Source: Thermoleophilaceae bacterium
GTDB lineage: Bacteria > Actinomycetota > Thermoleophilia > Solirubrobacterales > JACPNS01
DNA: 64,000 nucleotides
Direction of reading: 5' to 3'
Assembly: GCA_016462645.1 (NCBI GenBank)
Contig: JAEMSX010000002.1
Location: forward strand, 57,481-121,480
Shown piece after piece: positions 55,506 to 64,000 of this stretch (the first letter of the stretch is position 1; every line of letters starts with the position of its first letter). The position numbers and the translations under genes are program-made. Below the pieces are notes generated by a model, which worked only from the letters and a program-made list of their open reading frames with translations, was not told the DNA's origin and ran no database searches.

Positions 55506-57620
55506 GTGTCGGTCTTGACTGACTTTCTGAATGAACACGGCGTCGTAGTTGCGCTCGCTTGCGCACTCGTCGCGGTTGCCTACGGGGTCTTGAACACGCG
55601 TTCGCTGCTCAAGCTCTCTCCTGGCAACGAGAAGATGCAGGACATCTCCAAGGCGGTGCAGGAGGGCGCCAGCGCGTACCTCAACCGTCAGTATTCGTCG
55701 ATTGCGATCGTCGGCATCATCGTCGCGGCGATCCTCGCCCTGATCCCGGATCTCGGCCCTGCGGTCGCGATCGGTTTCATCATCGGTGGAGTCTCCTCCG
55801 CTGCTGCCGGCTACATCGGAATGAACGTCTCGGTGCGCATGAACGCCCGCGTCGCGGAATCGGCGCGTGGCGGCATCGGCCCGGCGCTCGACTCCGCTTT
55901 CCGTGGAGGCGCAGTCACCGGAATGCTCGTCGTCGGCCTCGCGCTGTTCGGCGTCGCCGCCTACTACGGAGCCCTCACCTGGCTGTTCGACTTCAGCACC
56001 CGTGACGCGGTCGACGCGCTCGTCGGTCTCGGATTCGGTGGATCGCTGATTTCCGTCTTCGCCCGTCTGGGCGGCGGAATCTTCACCAAGGGCGCCGACG
56101 TCGGAGCCGACATCGTCGGAAAGATCGAAGCCGGAATCCCCGAGGACGACCCGCGCAACCCCGCCGTGATCGCCGACAATGTCGGTGACAACGTCGGTGA
56201 CTGCGCCGGTATGGCCGCGGACCTCTTCGAGACCTACGCCGTCACGCTCGTCGCCGTCATGCTGATCGGCGTTCTGACCTTCTCCGTGGACGAGAACGCA
56301 CCGCGCGCAGCGCTGTACCCGCTGGTGCTCGGTGGAGTCTCGATCCTCGCTTCGGTCATCGGTGCCTTCTTCGTGCGTACGAAGAGCGGCAACGTCGAGG
56401 CCGCGCTCTACAAGGGCGTCGCCGTCGCGGGCGTGATCGCCGCGGCCGCGTTCTACCCCGTCACCAAGTGGATGATGGGCGACGTTGCAGTGCTCTCGAC
56501 GATTACTGACGCAGTTCCGTCCGTGTTCGAGCTCTGGGTCTGCACGCTCGTCGGACTCGCCGTCACCGGCCTGATCTTCGTGATCACCGACTACTACACC
56601 TCAACCCGCTTCAAGCCCGTCAAGACGATCGCTGAGGCGTCTCAGACCGGCCACGCGACCAACATCATCGCGGGCCTCGCAGTCGGTTTCCGCTCAACGG
56701 CGGCTCCGGCTCTGGTCTTCGTGCTCGGAATCGTCGCCAGTTACAACGTTGCCGGTGGTGGAGACGTCGGCATCTACGGCGTCGGTGTGGCCGTCATGGC
56801 GATGCTCTCGCTCTGCGGCCTGATCGTCGCGCTCGACGCCTTCGGTCCGATCACAGACAACGCCGGCGGAATCGCCGAAATGGCGGAGATGCCCGAAGAG
56901 GTTCGCGCCATCACCGACCCGCTCGACGCGGTCGGAAACACCACCAAGGCAGTCACCAAGGGCTACGCGATCGGTTCCGCGGTGCTCGCCGCGATCGTGC
57001 TGTTCGCCGCCGTCAAGGCTGAGCTTCCGGTCGACCGCGCGGACATCTCATTCGCGATCGATGACCCGTCAGTGCTCTCCGGTCTTCTGATCGGTGGCGT
57101 GATGGTCTACCTGTTCGTCGCATTCGCGATGCAGGCCGTCGGCCGCGCGGGTGGCGCAGTCGTCGAGGAGGTCCGTCGTCAGTTCAAGGAGAACCCCGGC
57201 ATCATGGACGGCTCGGTCAAGCCCGAGTACGGCCAGTGCGTCGACATCGTCACCAAGGCGGCTCAGCGCGAGATGATCATCCCGGCCCTGATCCCGATCA
57301 TCGGAACGGCGATCGTCGGTGTCTTTGCCGCGATCTGGAAGGTCAACGGCCTGCTGATGCTCGGCGGCCTGTTGATGGGAGTGATCGTTGTCGGGCTGTT
57401 CGTCGCAATCTCCATGACCAACGGTGGTGGAGCCTGGGACAACGCCAAGAAACTGATCGAGGACGGCGCCTTCGGCGGCAAGGGCTCGATCGCTCATGAA
57501 TCGTCGATCACCGGTGACACCGTCGGTGACCCGTACAAGGACACCGCCGGGCCGGCGATCAACCCGATGATCAAGGTGGCGAACATCGTCGCGCTGCTGA
57601 TCATCCCGCTGATCACCTGA
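55506..57620 (+). CDS. hppA: Membrane-bound H+(or Na+)-translocating pyrophosphatase
   Basis: 704 aa, GTG start. [40 protein letters not shown]. Confidence 0.96.
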   Translation: MSVLTDFLNEHGVVVALACALVAVAYGVLNTRSLLKLSPGNEKMQDISKAVQEGASAYLNRQYSSIAIVGIIVAAILALIPDLGPAVAIGFIIGGVSSAAAGYIGMNVSVRMNARVAESARGGIGPALDSAFRGGAVTGMLVVGLALFGVAAYYGALTWLFDFSTRDAVDALVGLGFGGSLISVFARLGGGIFTKGADVGADIVGKIEAGIPEDDPRNPAVIADNVGDNVGDCAGMAADLFETYAVTLVAVMLIGVLTFSVDENAPRAALYPLVLGGVSILASVIGAFFVRTKSGNVEAALYKGVAVAGVIAAAAFYPVTKWMMGDVAVLSTITDAVPSVFELWVCTLVGLAVTGLIFVITDYYTSTRFKPVKTIAEASQTGHATNIIAGLAVGFRSTAAPALVFVLGIVASYNVAGGGDVGIYGVGVAVMAMLSLCGLIVALDAFGPITDNAGGIAEMAEMPEEVRAITDPLDAVGNTTKAVTKGYAIGSAVLAAIVLFAAVKAELPVDRADISFAIDDPSVLSGLLIGGVMVYLFVAFAMQAVGRAGGAVVEEVRRQFKENPGIMDGSVKPEYGQCVDIVTKAAQREMIIPALIPIIGTAIVGVFAAIWKVNGLLMLGGLLMGVIVVGLFVAISMTNGGGAWDNAKKLIEDGAFGGKGSIAHESSITGDTVGDPYKDTAGPAINPMIKVANIVALLIIPLIT

Positions 57621-57745
57621 GACAACCGACGCGAGCGACACTCGGTTTCGTCTGCACTTGACTTAGTGCCGCAAACCGGGTATCGTTCGCGACGTCTTTT
57701 CACCCCGGTGGGCTGTTGGGGGACAGTTCACCATCGTGTTCGAAG

Positions 57746-57777
57746 AGGCCGCTCCGAAAGGGGCGGCCTTTTCTTTT
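57746..57777 (+). terminator. Rho-independent terminator after hppA
   Basis: AGGCCGCTCC-GAAA-GGGGCGGCCT (10-bp stem with one G:U, GAAA tetraloop) followed by TTTTCTTTT. Confidence 0.85.
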
Positions 57778-57824
57778 GCTCAGAGACGGAGAGTCGTCCG
57801 GGGCGGACATAGACTTGCGCGCTG

Positions 57825-59702
57825 ATGGCTGAGCGCAGACCAAAGACTCACTCGCTCGAACGCGTACTGGGCACCAGCGCGTTGTTCAGCACGGCCTATG
57901 GAAACGTCGGCAGCTCGATCTACTACGCGCTGGGTCTGGTCACCGCGTACGCGCTGGGCGCTACGCCGCTGGTCTTCGTGATCACCGGCGTGATCTTCTT
58001 CTTCACCGCTGCCACGTACATAGAAGCCACCACGATGTTCCCCGAGGCCGGCGGATCGAGTTCCTTCGCCCGCCACGCCTTCAATGAGTTCTGGTCGTTC
58101 TTCGCGGCGTGGGGCCAGATGCTCAACTACATCATCACCGCGGCGATCAGCGCCTACTTCGTGCCGCACTACCTCGGCGTGTTCTGGGAGCCGCTGAAGG
58201 AGGCCCCGTGGGACATCGTTGTCGGTATCGCGATTCTGATCGCGCTCGGAGCCCTGAACATCTTCGGCGTGCAGGAGTCGGCGAAGGTCAACATCGTCCT
58301 CTCGCTGATTGACTTCTTCACCCAGGTCCTACTGGTCGCGATCGGCGTGGCGCTCGTCTTCAACCCGGAGGTTCTGATCAGCCAGGTCGACTTCGGTACT
58401 GCGCCGACGGTTCAGAACTTCCTGATCGCGATTCCGATCGGCATGGTCGCGTACACGGGGATCGAGACGATCTCAAACCTCGCCGAGGAGGCCAAGGACT
58501 ACCAGAAGACCGTTCCAGCCGCGACCAAGCTCGTGGTCGCAGCGGTGTTCGCGATCTACCTGTTCCTGCCGGCGATCGCGCTTTCGGCGATGCCCGTCGA
58601 AAACGGCGTCACGCTGCTCGGTCTGCCGGCTGAACAGGGTGGTTTCGCCGGAGACCCCGTGCTCGGAATCGTCGAGAACATGCCGCTCGGAGCGTTGCAG
58701 GGGCCGATCGAGATCTACGTCGGAGTGCTCGCCGCGACGATTCTCTTCATCGCCACGAACGCGGGCATCATCGGCGTCTCGCGCCTGACCTACAGCATGG
58801 GTCAGTACCGGCAGGTGCCTTCGGCCCTGCGATCGCTGCACCCCAAGTACAAGACGCCTTACGTCGCGATCATCGTCTTCGGCACGATCGCCTGTCTGAC
58901 GATGATCCCCGGCCAGGCCGATTTCCTCGGGACGATGTACGCCTTCGGCGCGATGCTCAGCTTCACGATCGCCCACGCCGCCGTTCTGAAGATGCGACTC
59001 GATGAGCCGATACGCGAGCGGCCGTGGTTCGGGCCGCTGAACGTCCAGTTCCGCGACCGCAGCTGGCCGCTGTTCGCGATCCTCGGAGGGACCGGCACCG
59101 CGATCGCGTGGCTCACGGTCACAGCGTTGGATTTCGCGACGCTGGTTGTCGGCACGGTCTGGATGGCATCCGGACTCACCTTCTACGTCGTCTATCGACG
59201 TACGCAGGGTCTGCCACTCAGCGAGACGCACAAGATCGCAGCGCCGAAGTTGATCGTTGACCATGAGGTCGAGTACGACTCGATCCTCGTGGTGTTCGAG
59301 GACGGTGTCTACTCCGAAGAAGCGGTGCGGACCGCCGTGAAGATGGCTACGCGCCGTCGCCGCGGCATTCACGTTCTTGTGACGATCAACGTCCCGGCCA
59401 ACGCTCCGATCGACGCGATTCTTCCGACAGCCGAATCGAACGCCGCCACGGTGATCGAACGTTCGCGCATAATCGGAGGGCGGCGCGTCACCGGCCACTG
59501 GGAGAAGGTCCGCGCGGGCGAAGCGGGCCGACGCATCGTCGCCGAGGCCGAAGAGATCAATGCCCGCGCGATCGTGTTTCCGTTGAAGGCCGACGTGTCC
59601 GGCTCACTGTTCTCGTCGGCGGTGCAGAAGGTGCTCGCCGAGCGCCCGTGCCGAGTGATCCTGACCTCTGAGCCGGTCCGCAAGGCGGTGACGGCGCGAT
59701 GA
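57825..59702 (+). CDS. APC-superfamily amino acid permease fused to a C-terminal universal stress protein (Usp) domain, copy 1
   Basis: 625 aa. 12 TM (GNVGSSIYYALG, FPEAGGSSSFARHAFNEFWSF). C-terminal YDSILVVFEDG...RAIVFPL...PCRVILT. Confidence 0.88.
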   Translation: MAERRPKTHSLERVLGTSALFSTAYGNVGSSIYYALGLVTAYALGATPLVFVITGVIFFFTAATYIEATTMFPEAGGSSSFARHAFNEFWSFFAAWGQMLNYIITAAISAYFVPHYLGVFWEPLKEAPWDIVVGIAILIALGALNIFGVQESAKVNIVLSLIDFFTQVLLVAIGVALVFNPEVLISQVDFGTAPTVQNFLIAIPIGMVAYTGIETISNLAEEAKDYQKTVPAATKLVVAAVFAIYLFLPAIALSAMPVENGVTLLGLPAEQGGFAGDPVLGIVENMPLGALQGPIEIYVGVLAATILFIATNAGIIGVSRLTYSMGQYRQVPSALRSLHPKYKTPYVAIIVFGTIACLTMIPGQADFLGTMYAFGAMLSFTIAHAAVLKMRLDEPIRERPWFGPLNVQFRDRSWPLFAILGGTGTAIAWLTVTALDFATLVVGTVWMASGLTFYVVYRRTQGLPLSETHKIAAPKLIVDHEVEYDSILVVFEDGVYSEEAVRTAVKMATRRRRGIHVLVTINVPANAPIDAILPTAESNAATVIERSRIIGGRRVTGHWEKVRAGEAGRRIVAEAEEINARAIVFPLKADVSGSLFSSAVQKVLAERPCRVILTSEPVRKAVTAR

Positions 59703-59878
59703 AGCTGCGTGTCGCAAAACTCGTTCTGTTTGTATTGATCTTCGTGCTCGGGCTCGCGACGATCATCGTCACGGTCGCAAACGGTGGCGGCATCACGTCG
59801 CGTGGAATTCTGTTTGGCGGGATTCTGTGTCTGATGGCCGCGATTCGAATATTCCTCTCGATTCAGCACAACGCCTGA
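59699..59878 (+). CDS. Unannotated 59-aa two-TM peptide between the twin permease genes
   Basis: Below the track cutoff. ATG 59699 overlaps the upstream TGA (ATGA). Its TGA 59876-59878 overlaps the ATG at 59878. MKLRVAKLVLFVLIFVLGLATIIVTVANGGGITSRGILFGGILCLMAAIRIFLSIQHNA. GC3 is lower than in neighbouring genes. Confidence 0.45.
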   Translation: MKLRVAKLVLFVLIFVLGLATIIVTVANGGGITSRGILFGGILCLMAAIRIFLSIQHNA

Positions 59879-62055
59879 TGTTTCGCCGACTGACAAACCT
59901 CCTCCGCTTCGGGCCGATGTCCACGATCGGCGCAGGCGCGCTGTTCATGGTCGTATACATCGCGGCAGCGTCCTCGCTCTACTTCGCGCTCGGCCTGATC
60001 GCGGAGCAGAGCCTTGGTCTCACGCCGGTCGTGATGGTGCTCGGCGGCGTGTTCTTCGTCTTCACCTTCATGTCGTACGTCGAAGGCTCTTCGCTGCACA
60101 TCGAGCGCGGCGGGGCCTCGAGCTTCGCCCGTTTCGCCTTTGACGAGTTCGTCAGTTTCATCGCCGGCTGGGCGATCCTGCTGGACTACGCGATCGTCCT
60201 CGCGCTTGTGGCGTCGGCGGTGCCGAATTACCTCTCGGTCTTCTGGACCGGGTTTGACAGCAAGGCGGGGGAGATGGTCATCCCGGTGGCGCTGATCCTC
60301 GCGATGACGTGGTCGAACATTCGCGGCGTCAGCGCGGAAACGCTGCGCCGTCGCCTGCCGCTCGGCTGGATCGATCTGATCGTGCTCCTGGCGATCGTCG
60401 TGATCGGACTCTTCGCGGTCTGGAATCCGTCGGTGCTCACCGACAACTGGGACCTCGGCAGCGCACCCACTTGGAACAGTCTCTTCATCGCGCTGATCCT
60501 CTCCACGGTCGCCGGCACGGGAATCGAGTCGGCTTCGGGACTCGCCGGCGAGATCAAGATCGGGCGCCGCGAGCTCAAGTCGGTCGTCTGGTCGAGTACG
60601 GCATCCACGATCACGATCTTCACCGGTATTTCGCTGGTGGCGTTGATGGCTGACCCCGTCATCGGTGTGCCCGGGAAAGAGACGACCGCGATTGCGGCTC
60701 AGTACGTCGAGGATCCGGTGATCGGCGTGGTGCGCGGCTTTGACCCGTCGTGGCTGGCAAGCACCCTGGCCTACGTCGTCGGCATCGTCGCGGTGGTCAC
60801 GCTCGTCCAGGCCTCGCGCATCTACGTGCTCGGGCCGATGCGCGTCACCTACGCGCTGGCGACCAACCGTCAGGTGCCCGGTGCGATCGGCCGGCTGCAT
60901 CCCAGGTACGGCACGCCGTATGTCGCTGCGGGCGTGGTCGCGCTCGTCTCAAGCGGCTTGGCGATGCTCGACGACCCCGAACTGCTGATCGCGATCTTCG
61001 CTTTCGGCGCGCTGCTCACCTTTTCGATCGCGAACCTGTCGATCATCAAATTGCGTTTCACGGAACGAGACGCCCCGCGCGCCTATCGCGTTCCGTTCTC
61101 GATTCCGGTCGGCAAGGGCTCGCTGCCGCTGCCGTCGGTGATCGCCCTGATCGGCTCTGTGGCGGCGTTCGTCGGCGTGGTCGTCCTGCGCCACAACGCA
61201 ACGATCGTCGGAGGCGTTTGGCTCGCGCTGGGCATCGCCCTGTACGTGACCTACCGCAAGACCCAGGGCAAGCCGCTGCGCGGGCGTGTGACGATCCCGG
61301 AGGAAGACCTCAAGCGTCGATCGGCGCGCGAGACCTCGAAGGAAGGCTTTGGCTCGATCCTCGTTCCAGTGTTCGGCGGCGTGCTCGACGACGACATCAT
61401 CGGCACCGCCGGCCGACTCGCGATGGAGGAGGGCGACGACGAGGAGGGCGCGATGATCGAGGCACTGCATGTGATCGAGATCCCGATGTCGCAGCCGATC
61501 GACGCGCCGGTTCCGGCTGAGCGTCTGACGCGCGCGCGCAAGATCCTCGCGCGCGCCAAGGAGGTCGGCGAGGAGTATCAGGGCGTCGAGGTGGCGACCG
61601 CGACGGTGCGCGCGCGTTCAACCGGCGAGGCGATCGTCAAAGAGGCGACCAGGCGCGGGGTGGAGGTCATCGTGCTCGCAGCCGAGCGCCCGTCGCGCAT
61701 CAGGGGCGGACCACTGCTCGGCGGTGTTGAGCCGCGAGCGGCCGAGTTCATCGGAAAGGTCACCGAGTACGTCGCCCGCAAGGCACCGTGCCGCGTGATC
61801 CTGACGGCGCCGCCGGAGACCGACGTCGAGGCTCTGGCGAGCTCGATCGCCGCGAATCCGCACGTCTCTGAGGACTTCGCCAAGCAGGAGGCCGATCGGC
61901 TTGAGCGCATGAAGGGCATCACCGAAGAGCACAGCGCGATCGATCCCGGTGTGGCACATCCGACCGATGCAACGCGACCGCATGAGCACGAGGCCGACCA
62001 CCACGCGGTTGCCGATGACGAGGATCCGGACGACTTCATTGACACGATTGCCTGA
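59878..62055 (+). CDS. APC-superfamily amino acid permease fused to a C-terminal Usp domain, copy 2, with acidic/His-rich tail
   Basis: 725 aa from MFRRLTNLL. Alternative ATG at 59827. SSLYFALG, ERGGASSFARFAFDEFVSF. C-terminal FGSILVPVFGG...VEVIVLAA...PCRVILT, then HEHEADHHAVADDEDPDD. Confidence 0.85.
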   Translation: MFRRLTNLLRFGPMSTIGAGALFMVVYIAAASSLYFALGLIAEQSLGLTPVVMVLGGVFFVFTFMSYVEGSSLHIERGGASSFARFAFDEFVSFIAGWAILLDYAIVLALVASAVPNYLSVFWTGFDSKAGEMVIPVALILAMTWSNIRGVSAETLRRRLPLGWIDLIVLLAIVVIGLFAVWNPSVLTDNWDLGSAPTWNSLFIALILSTVAGTGIESASGLAGEIKIGRRELKSVVWSSTASTITIFTGISLVALMADPVIGVPGKETTAIAAQYVEDPVIGVVRGFDPSWLASTLAYVVGIVAVVTLVQASRIYVLGPMRVTYALATNRQVPGAIGRLHPRYGTPYVAAGVVALVSSGLAMLDDPELLIAIFAFGALLTFSIANLSIIKLRFTERDAPRAYRVPFSIPVGKGSLPLPSVIALIGSVAAFVGVVVLRHNATIVGGVWLALGIALYVTYRKTQGKPLRGRVTIPEEDLKRRSARETSKEGFGSILVPVFGGVLDDDIIGTAGRLAMEEGDDEEGAMIEALHVIEIPMSQPIDAPVPAERLTRARKILARAKEVGEEYQGVEVATATVRARSTGEAIVKEATRRGVEVIVLAAERPSRIRGGPLLGGVEPRAAEFIGKVTEYVARKAPCRVILTAPPETDVEALASSIAANPHVSEDFAKQEADRLERMKGITEEHSAIDPGVAHPTDATRPHEHEADHHAVADDEDPDDFIDTIA

Positions 62056-62219
62056 GCGTCTGACTCGCACAATCTCGCCGATGCTCGGGCTTGGGGCACT
62101 CGGTCACGACCGAGAGGTCGCTCCCTCGTGCCCGTCGCCCTGCGCGTCGACGATCTTGCACGATTCAGTCGCCCAGGCTGCCAGCACAGGATCCATAAAT
62201 TCCGATGTAACCTCCAACC

Positions 62220-62669
62220 ATGTTCGTACTTATCGTTGGTTGTGGTCGCGCGGGAAGCGCGCTGGCAAAGAATCTCCTTGCAGACGGCAACACCGTCTCC
62301 GTCCTCGACGAGAGCGCTGAGTCGCACCGTCTGCTCGACGTCGGCCTTGAGACCAACTGGGAGGACGAGGGCGGGATGTTCACCGTCGGCACCGCGCTCG
62401 AGATCGACGCGCTGGTCGAAGCCGGTATCGAACGCGCTGACGCGTTCGTCGCCGGAACCAACGGCGACAACACAAACCTTGTGATCGCGCAGATCGCCCA
62501 GAAGAAGTTCAACGTGCCGAAGGTCGTCGTCCGCGTGCTTGACCCGCGTCGCGCCACCTGGTACGCCGAGCAGGGCCTGCACACGATCTGCCCGACCCAG
62601 GCCGGAATCGAAATGCTCACGGCCGCGGTCCGCGGCGAAACTGAAGTCGTCCTCACGGAGCAGATCTAG
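62220..62669 (+). CDS. TrkA-N (RCK N-terminal, NAD-binding) domain-only protein
   Basis: 149 aa. MFVLIVGCGRAGSALAKNL...VLDES. Lacks an RCK_C domain. Confidence 0.85.
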   Translation: MFVLIVGCGRAGSALAKNLLADGNTVSVLDESAESHRLLDVGLETNWEDEGGMFTVGTALEIDALVEAGIERADAFVAGTNGDNTNLVIAQIAQKKFNVPKVVVRVLDPRRATWYAEQGLHTICPTQAGIEMLTAAVRGETEVVLTEQI

Positions 62670-62671
62670 TC

Positions 62672-63346
62672 ATGTACGTGATCGTCGCCGGAGGCGGAAA
62701 GGTCGGCCTCAACCTCACGCGCGAACTCATGGCCAAGGGCCACGAGGTCACGCTGATCGAGAACAACCGTCGTCGCTACACGATCCTTGAGCCGCAGCTC
62801 GAGCACATCGTGCACCTCGGCGACGCCACCGAGCTGTGGGTTCTCGAGCGCGCCGGAATCGAGCGCGCCGACATGGTCATCGCCGTCACCGGTGACGACG
62901 AGGACAACATCATCATCTCCCAGGTCGCGCGCGAGAAGTACGGCCGCGAGAAGATCATCGCCCGCTGCAACAACATCCGCAACATGGAGCACTTCGACCT
63001 GCTGGACATCAAGCCGGTGATCAGCTCCACCGACCTGATCCTGCGCCTGATCGAGCACGAGGTCCCGCAGTACGGCTTGGTCCACCTGCTCAAGCTTCAG
63101 GCCGAAGACCTCGAGATCATCGAGGTCGAGGTCAGCGCCGGATCGCCGTCCGCCGGCAAGACCGTCGGCGAGATCGACCTTCCCGATGGCGGCCTGATCA
63201 TTGCGATCCTGCGCGAAGGTGAAGGCATTGTCCCGAGCGGGGACACGCTGATCAACTCCGGCGACGAAGTCATGTTGATCCTCAACCCCGGACTCGAAGA
63301 CAACATCACGCGCCTCTTCACGGCGCCTGAAGAGTCCTTCATCTAG
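62672..63346 (+). CDS. trkA: TrkA/KtrA-type K+ uptake regulatory protein (RCK_N + RCK_C)
   Basis: 224 aa. MYVIVAGGGKVGLNLTREL...LIENN. C-terminal LEIIEVEVSAGSPSAGKTVGEIDLP. Confidence 0.88.
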   Translation: MYVIVAGGGKVGLNLTRELMAKGHEVTLIENNRRRYTILEPQLEHIVHLGDATELWVLERAGIERADMVIAVTGDDEDNIIISQVAREKYGREKIIARCNNIRNMEHFDLLDIKPVISSTDLILRLIEHEVPQYGLVHLLKLQAEDLEIIEVEVSAGSPSAGKTVGEIDLPDGGLIIAILREGEGIVPSGDTLINSGDEVMLILNPGLEDNITRLFTAPEESFI

Positions 63347-63358
63347 GTCGCCGCAAGC

Positions 63359-64000
63359 ATGGCTGACCGCCACGTTGACCATCTGCTGATCGGCGGGGGC
63401 CTCGCCTCGGGCAACTGCGCGCGCCATCTGCGCGAGAACGGCGACGGGTCGATCCTGCTCGTCGGCCGCGAGCCTGAGCCGCCGTACAACCGCCCGGCGC
63501 TGACCAAGGGCTACCTCGCGCACACCGAGGAGCGCGCGATGGACTACTTCCGCCCGCCCGAGTTCTGGGAAGAACAGAACATCGAACTGATGACGCGCAT
63601 GAACGTGATGAAGATCGACACCGATGCGCACACGGCGACGCTGATGAACAAGGACGTGATCACGTACGGCAATGCGCTGATCGCGACCGGAGCGAACGTG
63701 AATCTGCTGCGCGTGGAGGGCATGGGGCAGGAGGGGATCCACTACCTGCGCGCCTTCGGCAGCAGCGACTCGATCCTCGAGGACCTCGACAAGCTCGGTC
63801 GCCGCGTCACACTGATCGGGGGCAGCTACATCGGTTGCGAGGTGGCCGCGACGCTTTCGCGCCACGGCTGCGGCTGCCAGATCATCATGCTCGAGGACCT
63901 CCCGCTGCAGCGCACGCTCGGCGATGACCTCGGTGCCTGGACCCGGCGCCACCTTGAGCGCCTCGGGGTGCAGTTGCACCCGGGCGAGAGTCTTGCCAGC
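63359..64000 (+). CDS. FAD-dependent pyridine nucleotide-disulfide oxidoreductase (ferredoxin-reductase-like), 3' end cut by window edge
   Basis: Not in the ORF track because it has no stop. ATG 63359, in-frame to base 64000. HLLIGGGLASGNCA (GxGxxG), PPYNRPALTKGYL, ALIATGA, VTLIGGSYIGCEVA. Confidence 0.85.
   Translation, partial: MADRHVDHLLIGGGLASGNCARHLRENGDGSILLVGREPEPPYNRPALTKGYLAHTEERAMDYFRPPEFWEEQNIELMTRMNVMKIDTDAHTATLMNKDVITYGNALIATGANVNLLRVEGMGQEGIHYLRAFGSSDSILEDLDKLGRRVTLIGGSYIGCEVAATLSRHGCGCQIIMLEDLPLQRTLGDDLGAWTRRHLERLGVQLHPGESLAS

Noticed and set aside
62056-62219. Possible c-di-AMP (ydaO/kimA-type) riboswitch upstream of the trkA pair
   Set aside because: K+ uptake genes often carry this riboswitch. 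I could not find the conserved ACGGGG / CCCGA-type cores or the pseudo-symmetric architecture. Only generic short hairpins are present (CTCGGTC-ac-GACCGAG). An Infernal scan would be needed to settle this.

Overview
High-GC (roughly 65-70% by eye) bacterial chromosomal segment. The gene order looks like the actinobacterial core: hisIE-trpEGDC-[htrA-like]-trpFBA, pfkA, malic enzyme, polA, rpsA-coaE, uvrB, uvrA. It continues with panC-panD-panB, tsaE-tsaB-rimI-tsaD, rex, an H+-pyrophosphatase, two APC-Usp permeases and a trkA pair. A genuine trpF and several lineage-typical secreted proteins suggest a deep actinobacterial lineage (Thermoleophilia-like); this is inference only. I call about 60 protein genes. 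I found no rRNA, tRNA, tmRNA or RNase P gene, and no transposase, integrase or cas genes, so no mobile element or CRISPR is claimed. Most long ORFs in the six-frame track that lie antisense to or out of frame with these genes are GC-rich shadow ORFs.

The most interesting region is an ~11 kb accessory block wedged between polA and rpsA (22.4-33.4 kb). It begins with a very regular array of 7 tandem hairpin repeats. These are followed by a GntR regulator with TTGTA-type palindromic operators, a BMP-family ABC importer, a translationally coupled pair of isochorismatase-like hydrolases, and two tandem amidase-signature paralogs. One of the two hydrolases has lost all three catalytic residues. I propose this as an uncharacterised N-rich amide/ureide (biuret-like?) catabolic system with a pseudoenzyme partner.

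Other notable points:
- a TCTCAG x3 direct-repeat operator in front of an htrA-like protease that splits the trp operon
- a dispersed GGCTTCCTC hairpin family
- two paralogous secreted proteins with KKN-x-x-TG repeats
- two unannotated ORFs under 60 aa encoding membrane peptides
- an SOS box upstream of uvrA

All functional calls come from motif recognition by eye; no database search was run.
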